A stretch of 64,000 nt of DNA. It comes from Eledone cirrhosa (Eukaryota). Shown in pieces: positions 53,398-64,000 of this stretch (positions within the stretch are counted from its first letter, which is position 1; each line of letters opens with the position of its first letter). A model generated the notes under the pieces. That model saw only the letters and a program-made list of their open reading frames with translations, had not been told where the DNA came from and did not search any database. The translations under genes were made by a program, and so were the position numbers. Location of the stretch: contig OZ024743.1 in NCBI GenBank assembly GCA_964016885.1, positions 170,252,001 to 170,316,000 of the forward strand. The letters are read 5' to 3'.

Positions 53398-54167
53398 ATC
53401 ATCATCATCGTTGTTTAACGTCCATGTTCCACGCTAGCATGGGTTTAGACGGGAATTGTCCCACGTGAGGCAAGATTGGTTGTCTTGCTCGTATGGGACT
53501 GTCTGGCGGGTTTTCTACGGCTGGATGCCCTTCCTAACACCAACCACGTTTACAGTGTGGACTGGGAGGTTTTTACCGTGTTACCTACACGGCCACATTA
53601 CAGTGTGGACTGTGTGTTTTATTGTCGTGACACCTACACAACCTCATTTATTTAGGACTGGATGTTGTGGCACCAACATAACTTTGGGTGGGGTGGGGTT
53701 GTATTTTTGGTTAGAAGGTGCCTACTGACTGTAGGTTTCGCTTTGTACTTAGGCAAGGCGGGTCTTCTGTATTACTGCGTTGCACCAAAGATCTCGGTCC
53801 AGTGACATTGTCTTGGAGAGGTGTAAGGTCGGAATTTATCAAATCGTCCCAGGTTTTTCTGGGTCTACCTACTCTGTAGCTTCCGTCTATTTTAATCACC
53901 CTGCACTTTTTTATACAGCTGTCATCTTTCATGCGCATCACGTGACCATACCAACGTAGTCTTCTCTCGAGTAAACAGCATCTGATCCCTCTTATTCCTA
54001 ATTTCTCACTTAGTTCATTTATGCTTTGCCGTTCATGTATATTACTATTACACATCCAACGGAGCGAGCATGGAAGCTTCGTTCCTCTCCATTCTGCACA
54101 GATCCTCTGCACACAATGCCCATGTCTCACTGCCATGTGACATTGCTGTTCGTATGCAGGCATCATA
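53398..54167 (-). mobile_element. RTE family A 3' fragment (close relative of 33745-34560)
   Basis: RRLRWYGHVMRMKDDSC..GRPRKTW; same tail. Confidence 0.88.
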
Positions 54168-55054
54168 TATATATATCATCATTGTCATTTTAACATCCAA
54201 TTTCCCTGCTAGTAAATGTTCACTGGGTCTATATAGACCAAGTCTGTACTGAAGCAGAGCCACAGGTCTCCTAGGCAGGCCAGGGACCTATTGTACGGTT
54301 ATGTACGGTCTCGCGTTCCATCAAGTGCTTAGGAGAGGTTGTCATGACATTGAAACAACCGAGGTTCCTCCCAACCTTTTGTTTGGCAATATTTCTATGA
54401 CTGGATGGCCTTCCTATCACCAATAACTTTACAGTGTGTGTGTATAAATTATAGGATAATATATAAGGCTCTTTGGTTAAGCTTGACAGAAGGGCAATCC
54501 ATCCTATAATAATATCTACACTCTACTATGGAGTATTAAGTTAAATAATATGGAGTATGGAGTATTAAGTTAAATAATAATTTTACTAGACATAACTATT
54601 GGAACACAACTGCATTTAAGGCTAAATTTCTGTTTTTTTTATTAAGCATTTTTCATATTTCCTAATTGGTCATTTATGTTAGGTTTGAATCAATAACCTT
54701 TAAAGTTGCAAGACTTTTATTTATGTACATATGATTTTCTGTGAAGTAGAAATCCATCAAACACATTAAGCACACAGAACCTCACCCAGATGCATATAAA
54801 CAATATAGGCATCCATGACATACATATGCATTGATGCATATATGAATCACACTATGTATGTGTGTGTTTAAATATATATATATATGTGTATATAATCTGT
54901 ATATCATCAATGTATGTATGTATATATATATATACATACATATATGTGTGTATATATATATATATATATACATATATGTATGTGTGTATATATATATATG
55001 TGGGGTGGGGTGTATATATATGTGTGTGTATATATATATATATATGTGTATATA

Positions 55055-55247
55055 TAAGTTACACTGGGAGATCCTAGCTAGGGCTAGATCGTATAACGGA
55101 AATAAAAGACCATGTGACCTCTGCGCCGCTGAGGCCCTGGAAATACTCTACGCCACAGACCACATCTTAAACAAAAAATCTGAGGCAATTTCAGCTTGTA
55201 AACATAAATTGCACAAAACTTTCCTCACGTTATACCCTAACGGATAG
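55055..55247 (+). pseudogene. C-terminal remnant of a Penelope-like GIY-YIG endonuclease
   Basis: [35 protein letters not shown] matches the PLE pattern W.I..A..Y..C.LC..E..I..LNK.SE...C.H. Confidence 0.75.
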
Positions 55248-55899
55248 CACGATCTATACGTGGATATTTTACGTCTTGATGTGGGAGCTAAGTATATGTT
55301 TTGTTTATTCCGTTACTTATTTGCATAGGTAAGTATATATTACCCGTATGTTTTGTGAAGGTATGTATACCTTCTCGTACGTATATTTGACTGTTATGGC
55401 GTATAATTTTTACATATTCTGGTATTTAGGGTTTGGCTATGTGTATACGGGAGTTTTGCGTCTGCGTGAGTATGCAGTATCGTACGTATGGTGGGTGTGT
55501 GTATATGTGTACTTCTTGTTTTAGTTGACTTACGTCTCCGAACATTCGTGTATTTATTTGTAGGTATGTGTGTGCGCTTGTTATATACGTATTTATTTAC
55601 TTATATACGTTTATATAATTATTTATTTATTTGTACACAAGCATACACACACACACATATTTATATGTGCGTGGTTTTGTATACCTATGGTAAGGTTTTG
55701 CGTATGCTTGTGTATGTACGTATCTGTTTGCGTGTATGTATTTATTTGTTTCTATTACTTCTGTATTGTATTTATTTACTTTGTTCTTAACTCTGTAGCG
55801 GAGATTCATTTGGTCTCCTAGTTAGAATTTTAGTCTACAACTTCTGCTATAACATTTACGTGCTATTTTTGTCCACGCTCCACATATGACTTATTATCT

Positions 55900-56300
55900 T
55901 CGTTTTTTCGTTCATTGCCAGAGAACGTCTCTATGCACCACCCAAGAGAACATTAGTCTACGACCTCTTTTATACCATAAACGTGGTTCTGTCTTTGCGC
56001 GTAATTGTTTTTCACCGCTCCTATTAATGACGTATTATTCGTTTTTTCCCGTTCTTTGCCAGCGAACGTTACCACGAACCAAAGTATCATCTCCTGTCTT
56101 CCTCCGGTTGCAACGTTTTTTGAAATATCCAGTTCTGCGTTTACAGATTACTTTGTTAGTTTCAGAAGATCCCGTTAAGGGTGAAAGCAGCAATTCTTTG
56201 CTTAAACTTTAACCTGTTATTTTAATAAATATTTGCTCTACGGTTCTTATATATTTGATATATATTTTCCTTATCGAGCCCTCTTTGGATTTTAGTCTTC
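55900..56300 (+). mobile_element. Internal fragment related to the non-autonomous Helitron family
   Basis: agaagatcccgttaagggtgaaagcagc..ctttgcttaaac shared with 16750-16800 and 31515-31560. Confidence 0.6.
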
Positions 56301-56319
56301 AATTTTATTATTATTACTA

Positions 56320-56765
56320 TATATATGTATATATATATATGTGTATATATATATGTATATATATAGGTATATATATATGTGTATATATATATATATGTAA
56401 ATATGTATATATATATGTAAATATGTATATATATATGTAAATATATATATGTATATATATATTTATATATATGTATATATATATGTATATACATATGTAT
56501 GTATATATATATTTATATATATATATGTATATATATATATGTATATACATATGTATGTATATATATATTTATATATATATATGTATATATATATGTATAT
56601 ACATATGTATGCATATATATATGTATATATATGTGCATATATATATGTATATATATATATGTATATATATATATGTATATATATATATATGTATATATAT
56701 ATGTATATATATATGTATATATATATATGTATATATATATGTATATATATATGTATATATATATG

Positions 56766-56798
<33 letters not shown>

Positions 56799-56859
56799 GT
56801 ATATATATGTATGTATATATATATGTATATATATATATATATATACATATGTATATATG

Positions 56860-56893
<34 letters not shown>

Positions 56894-56951
56894 TATACAT
56901 ATGTATATATGTATATATATATATATATATGTATATGTATATATATATATG
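56320..56951. repeat. (TA)n microsatellite
   Basis: Directly visible. Confidence 0.98.
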
Positions 56952-57077
56952 TATTCATTAGTTAAGCAAAACAAGACCACAGATTTCACAAGGAAGACAT
57001 TATTAAAAGATTGTCAACATTTTAGTTTGATGTAAGGAATGTAGAGAATAATAATAATATTAATAATAATAATGTCC

Positions 57078-57197
57078 GTTTACAATTGTTTCGCTACTCC
57101 ATATAATATTTCTGGATGAGATGACTATATATCATAATTGATCTGGTTCAGTTGAAAATAATTAACATATTTAAAAGACAGAGCGGCTCATCGGAAC
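57078..57197 (-). ncRNA. Hammerhead variant (CCGATGA) with ~95-nt stem II domain
   Basis: Reverse complement reads gtt-CCGATGA-gc...gc-GAAA-caattg-TA-aac. Confidence 0.55.
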
Positions 57198-57214
57198 TTC
57201 AAAGGAATATAAAT

Positions 57215-57535
57215 TAAAATAATTGTTTCTACTTTAGGCACAAGGCCAGCAATTACCCCGTGCATTACTGGTACTTTATTTTATCGACCCCGTAAGGATG
57301 AAAGGCAAAGTCAACCTCGGTGGGATTTGAACTCAGATCGTAAAGGGACGTAACTATGCTGGAAAGCATGGCGTCCGACCCTCTACCGATACTGCCAATC
57401 CACCAAATTAAAATAATTGTTTCTACTTTTGGCACAAGGCCAGCAATTATCCCAGTGCATTACTGGTACTTTATTTTATCGACCCCGTAAGGATGAAAGG
57501 CAAAGTTAACCTCGGCGGGATTTGAACTCAGATCA
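57215..57535 (-). mobile_element. tRNA-derived SINE, one full copy plus one 5'-truncated tandem copy, inserted in the left arm of element 6
   Basis: A-box tggcagtatcgg and B-box gagttcaaatc on minus; duplicated block; absent from the right arm. Confidence 0.85.
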
Positions 57536-58291
57536 TAAAATAATGAGAGAATGTTACATAATATAATGTTCCATATATTGGTTTTTCACTATGGTGTCTT
57601 GGTTTCATCAGTTGTTAGCCATAATCAAGCAGTATTCATCTGTCAAGGCTGCATTGTGTGAGAGCTGCCTATGGGTAACAAGATGGCTGCCAAAGGACAT
57701 ATTTACCTTACTAATTAAAGGGTGGTTTCAGGGGAAGTAACTCCTCGAGAAATTAGAAATTGTGGGTCGTTTATGTAATATACTCTATCACGTGATATAG
57801 TATATTACATAACTATATCACGACCTCTACCGATTAACGATAGAACGGAGGTAACTATTAGCTGTCAACATCGAACGGCTAATTCCTTCGCCAATAGATT
57901 ATTTGACCCAACTTAGTCATCAAGCCCCATTTTTACTTGTAGCTAATAAGTTAAATAGCTATGAACAACTTAGATAATTATAAGGTACCTCCCTACATTG
58001 TCTCTCAATTAAAAAATTAAAAAATTAGCACTTAACTATAAATACCCACAATTTCTAATCTCTCGAGGAGTTACTTCGCCTGAAACCACCGTCTAAATAG
58101 TAAGGTAAATATGTCCTTTGGCAGCCATCTTGTTACCCATAGGCAGATCTCACACAATGCAGCCTCGACAGATGAATACTGCTTGATTAGGGCTGACAAT
58201 TGATACAACCAGGACACCATAGTGAAAAACCAATATATGGAACATTATATTATGAACATTCTCTCATTATTATAATTTATATTCCTTTGAA

Positions 58292-58411
58292 GTTACGATG
58301 AGCCGCTCTGTCTTTTAAATATGTTAATTATTTTCAACTGAACGAAATCAATTATGATATATAGTCATCTGATCCAGAAATATTATATGGATTAGCGAAA
58401 CAATTGTAAAC
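58292..58411 (+). ncRNA. Mutated copy (ACGATGA) of the large-stem-II hammerhead
   Basis: Reverse complement of 57078-57197 with a core C-to-A change. Confidence 0.45.
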
Positions 58412-58701
58412 GGACATTATTATTATTAATATTATTATTATTATTCTCTACATTCGTTACATCAAACTAAAATATGTTGACAATCTTTTAATAATGTCTT
58501 CCTTGTGTAACATATGGTCTTGTTTTGCTTAACTAATGAATATTTCCAGCTCTGCGCACTTAACTTCTGCATGAACCCAGCCACCGAGCTGCTTTCTACT
58601 GCATATTGCACATTGAGCACTTTACACTTTGGCTTCTAACTAATTCACCAATCTCTCCTCTCCTATCCCCATCTATCTCTTTAAGATTGGTTACTCTTGA
58701 A

Positions 58702-58772
<71 letters not shown>

Positions 58773-58775
<3 letters not shown>

Positions 58776-58961
58776 AAGGTGGGTAAAATTCCCCAGATCC
58801 ATGGACGAGTTCTCTCCAGCAGTCTCTGTCGTTCATTATCGCTGCCATGTCTTGCGTCTCCAACAGACCAGTGTCTGTCCGTAGGACATCAACATACGTT
58901 AACCTTGGTCTTCCTCTTCTAGTGTGTCCATGTAGGGGCTCCCACAGGGGCACCGAGTTGA
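58773..58961 (-). mobile_element. RTE family C 3' fragment
   Basis: [22 protein letters not shown]. Confidence 0.8.
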
Positions 58962-59031
58962 CATATATATATATATCTATATATATATTTATATATATGT
59001 ATACATATATATATGTATATATATCTATATA

Positions 59032-59093
<62 letters not shown>

Positions 59094-59099
59094 TATGTA

Positions 59100-59440
59100 T
59101 CATCATTTCATCATTTCATTTTACGTCCGCTTTTCCCTGCTTGCAAGGGTGGGACGGGAACTGATTCTGGCTTGATTTCTACAGCTGGATGCCCTTCCTA
59201 ACACCAACCTCATTTACAGTGAGTGCTGGGTGCTTTTTTGCCGTGGCACCTCCACGACCACTTTGCAGTGGAATGATAGAGACACCAGTCCCTATCATCT
59301 CATTTCTACAGCTGAGTAAACTGGAGCAATATGAAATAAAGTCTCTTGCTCAAGGAAACAACACATCACCCGGTCTGAGAATTGAACTCACAACCTTTCG
59401 ATTGCAAGGCCAATACTCTAACCACTAAGCCTTGTGCCTC
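59100..59440 (-). mobile_element. tRNA-derived CORE-like SINE with an RTE family A-type 3' tail
   Basis: Head ggcttagtggttagag..gagttcaattc; CORE-like gtttccttgagcaagagacttta; tail ttaggaagggcatccagctgtagaaa..gatga. Confidence 0.75.
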
Positions 59441-59594
59441 ATGTATATATATGTATATATGTATGTATATATATATGTATATATATATATATGTATATAT
59501 ATGTATATATATATGTATATATATATATGCATATATATATATATGTATATGTATATGCATATGCATATGTATATATATATATATGTATATATAT

Positions 59595-59626
<32 letters not shown>

Positions 59627-59708
59627 TTATATATATATATATATTATATATATATATATATGTATATATATGTATATATATATATATATATTATATATAT
59701 ATATATAT

Positions 59709-59781
<73 letters not shown>

Positions 59782-59850
59782 GTATATATATATATGTATA
59801 TATATATATGTATATATATATATGTATATATATGTATGTATATATATATG

Positions 59851-59882
<32 letters not shown>

Positions 59883-59958
59883 TGTATGTATATATATATA
59901 TGTATGTATATATATATATATATATATGTATGTATATATGTATGTATATATGTATGTA

Positions 59959-60007
<49 letters not shown>

Positions 60008-60046
60008 GTAAATGTATATATATATATATATATATATATATGTAAA
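59441..60046. repeat. (TA)n microsatellite
   Basis: Directly visible. Confidence 0.98.
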
Positions 60047-62743
60047 TCTATATATATGAAAATGAATGTATGTTTGTTTGTTTGTCCAAAGATATAAACG
60101 GAGAAAGAGAAATCAACGTATATTCAAACAGAGAGTGAAAGAGCGAGTAGTCTGGCTGCTTTGAACCACTCCCTATATTAGACTGTCTCTAAAGTTATAA
60201 ACGGAGAAAGAGAAATCAACGTATAGACAAAGAGAGAGTGAAAGAGCAACGAGTGAAAGAGCGAGTAGTCTGGCTGCTTTGAACCACTCCCTATATTAGA
60301 CTGTCTCTAAAGTTATAAACGGAGAAAAAGAAATCAACGTATAGACAAAGAGAGAGTGAAAGAGCAACGTATAGACAAAGAGAGAGTGCTATAAACGGAG
60401 AAAGAGAAATCAACGTATAGACAAAGAGTGAGTGAAAGAGCGAGTGTGAAATTTTTTTAATTAAAGATAATTTCAATAGAATTAGTATTCTCTCTTTAAT
60501 TTAATATAATTTCAATAGAATTAGTAAATTCTCTCTTTAATTTAATATAATTTCAATAGAATTAGTATAGTATCTGTTTCACATTACTTCCCTTCCACTC
60601 CCATTGCAGGGAATTCTTTTTCAGCTAGCCCTTAACTAAGTGCTGTAATTTGATATCTTCATTTCGTCTGTCCTTATTTTCCTGACCTGGACACATACGT
60701 GGACCGACATCATTCCAAGAATTGAGAACAGTAAACGGTCAAGTATGTGCCACTTATCGTGAAGCTTGCCAAGAATTAAATCTTCTTGAAAATGATGGAC
60801 ATTGGGACACTTCACTCGCTGATGCATCGAATACTGCTCGACCAAAGCAAATACGCACATTATTCTCAATAATATTGACAACGTGCTTCCCATCAAATCC
60901 AAAAGATCTTTGGGAAAAATATAAAGACTACATGAGTGAAGACATCCTACATCGTTTGCGTGCAACAAATCAAAATATGAATATTCAATTCACACAAAAT
61001 GTGTATAATGAAGCATTGGTTTCCATTGAGGTCATATGTTTAGCAATCGCTAACAAAACATTGGTACAATTGGGAATGCCTGCGCCGAATCGATCTGTAA
61101 ACGACATTTTCGATCGTGATTTGCAACGAGAAACAAACTTTGATGTCGCCGAATTGGGTACATTTGTTCAAACGAATCTTCCCAAATTGCTACCAGAACA
61201 ACGCATAGTATATGACCAAATTATGCAGGCAATTATAAGTCAAAGCGGCGGATTGTATTTTATAGATGCGCCCGGTGGTACAGGCAAAACTTTTCTCATT
61301 TCACTTATTTTGGCAACTATACGATCAGAAAATAATATTGCACTGGCAATCGCATCATCTGGAATTGCGGCAACTCTTTTAGATGGTGGCCGAACAGCAC
61401 ATTCAGCCCTGAAATTGCCATTGAATATGCAAATCGCTGAGACATCAACATGCAATATTACCAAAAATTCTGGTATAGGTAAAGTACTCCAATCATGTAA
61501 AATCATTATATGGGACGAATGTACTATGGCGCACAAAAAATCATTGGAAGCGCTTAATAATACGCTAAAAGATTTGAAAGGAAATGAACAGCTCTTCGGT
61601 GGCACACTCATTTTATTGTCTGGTGATTTTCGACAAACTCTACCAGTTATACCGCGATCAACACCCGCTGATGAGCTTAATGCATGTCTCAAATCATCAG
61701 TTTTATGGCGACACGTACAGAAATTAACTTTAAAAAACAATATGCGTGTACAACTACAAAATGACGCATCCGCTGAACGTTTCACAAAACAATTGCTGGA
61801 TATTGGGAATGGGAAAATGGTAATCGATGATTCCACAAAATGTATCACATTGCCAACAAACTTCTGTAGAATCACGGCAACCAGAGACGAACTGATTCAC
61901 AAAGTGTTCCCAAATATTGCGCAGCATTACAAAAATCATCAGTGGCTCAGTGTACGTGCTATATTAGCAGCCAAAAACACCGATGTCAATGCCATTAATT
62001 TCAAAACGAAATACCAGGCGAAGCGACAACGTACAACGTATAAGTCCATCGATACTGTAATGAATCAAGACGAAATTATCAATTATCCAATTGAATTCTT
62101 GAATTCACTTGATTTGCCAGGCATGCCACCGCACATTTTAACATTGAAAATTGGCGTGCCTATCATCCTTCTCCGAAACATCAATCCACCACAACTTTGC
62201 AACGGTACCAGACTTTCAGTGAAAAAGACGATGAACAATATCATCGAGGCTACAATTTTAAATGGAAAATTTAAAGGAGAAGATGTACTCTTGCCACGCA
62301 TCCCAATCATTCCAACAGATACGCCATTCGATTTCAAACGTTTGCAGTTTCCGGTGCGACTCGCCTTTGCAATGACTATCAACAAAGCACAAGGACAATC
62401 GCTACAAGTGTGTGGACTAAATTTAAAAAATCCATGCTTCTCACATGGACAGCTGTATGTGGCTTGCTCACGCGTCGATAAACCTTCTGATTTATTCGTG
62501 TACGCACCAGAAGGAAAAACAAAAAACATTGTGTATCCAAAAGCACTTCAGTACAACAAATTAAATGTTCTTATAACGAATTTTCTTTAAATTCGTCAGT
62601 CATTCAGTCATTTAAAGATAAATGTTAAAATCTAAAAAATAGAAACTAAATTACAGAAGTTTTTAAATAACGATTAAAATATTAATATTATTTTTTTCTA
62701 AATAAGCTTTTTAACACTGAGCGAAGCCGGGTAGCTCCGCTAG
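60047..62743 (+). mobile_element. Helitron, internally deleted (no Rep domain) but keeping the helicase
   Basis: 5' TCtatatatatgaaa; subterminal tandem repeats 60090-60570; 3' gagcgaagccggg hairpin remnant and CTAG at 62740-62743; A|T target. Confidence 0.92.
60692..62590 (+). CDS. Helitron RepHel C-terminal PIF1-family SF1 helicase domain (N-truncated, probably non-functional)
   Basis: HIRGPTSFQELRTVNG; DAPGGTGKT; IIWDE; GDFRQTLP; NGTRL; QFPVRLAFAMTINKAQGQ; HGQLYVACSRV. Confidence 0.9.
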   Translation, partial: HIRGPTSFQELRTVNGQVCATYREACQELNLLENDGHWDTSLADASNTARPKQIRTLFSIILTTCFPSNPKDLWEKYKDYMSEDILHRLRATNQNMNIQFTQNVYNEALVSIEVICLAIANKTLVQLGMPAPNRSVNDIFDRDLQRETNFDVAELGTFVQTNLPKLLPEQRIVYDQIMQAIISQSGGLYFIDAPGGTGKTFLISLILATIRSENNIALAIASSGIAATLLDGGRTAHSALKLPLNMQIAETSTCNITKNSGIGKVLQSCKIIIWDECTMAHKKSLEALNNTLKDLKGNEQLFGGTLILLSGDFRQTLPVIPRSTPADELNACLKSSVLWRHVQKLTLKNNMRVQLQNDASAERFTKQLLDIGNGKMVIDDSTKCITLPTNFCRITATRDELIHKVFPNIAQHYKNHQWLSVRAILAAKNTDVNAINFKTKYQAKRQRTTYKSIDTVMNQDEIINYPIEFLNSLDLPGMPPHILTLKIGVPIILLRNINPPQLCNGTRLSVKKTMNNIIEATILNGKFKGEDVLLPRIPIIPTDTPFDFKRLQFPVRLAFAMTINKAQGQSLQVCGLNLKNPCFSHGQLYVACSRVDKPSDLFVYAPEGKTKNIVYPKALQYNKLNVLITNFL

Positions 62744-62744
62744 T

Positions 62745-64000
<1,256 letters not shown>

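Larger units (their letters stand above)
56952..58542. mobile_element. PLE-derived fold-back element 6 (arms 56952-57767 including SINE insert, and 58044-58542; tail to ~58704)
   Basis: ~500-bp imperfect inverted repeat with HHR motifs in both arms; flanked by (TA)n. Confidence 0.82.

Noticed and set aside
59380-59440. tRNA gene (also 57320-57405)
   Set aside because: A/B boxes present but followed by SINE core and tail; no complete cloverleaf
60722-62590. Host PIF1 helicase gene
   Set aside because: Intronless, lies between Helitron TC and hairpin-CTAG termini, and begins with the RepHel linker motif GPTSF.ELRTVNG

Overview
Eukaryotic, repeat-saturated intergenic or intronic DNA. The repeat repertoire suggests an octopus-like cephalopod (inference). 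No host protein-coding gene can be supported, and the long Y/I/C/M-rich ORFs are (TA)n microsatellite artefacts. Transposon content: many decayed RTE-clade LINE fragments from at least 3 families, one near-full-length CR1/L2-group LINE, a Gypsy LTR element with both LTRs, PBS, PPT and TSD, one Rep-deleted Helitron that keeps a PIF1-type helicase ORF, two non-autonomous Helitrons, hAT and piggyBac MITEs, and tRNA-derived SINEs. The most notable signal is a set of non-coding fold-back (inverted-repeat) elements beside or inside (TA)n tracts that carry minimal type I hammerhead ribozyme (HHR) motifs with palindromic stem III, the Penelope-like-element (PLE) signature. Two of them (6992-7859 and 11999-13448) are diverged members of one family whose whole unit is a ~460-490 nt ORF-less, terminally redundant monomer with conserved hairpins and an octamer motif, i.e. 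a candidate cephalopod retrozyme/circular-RNA family.
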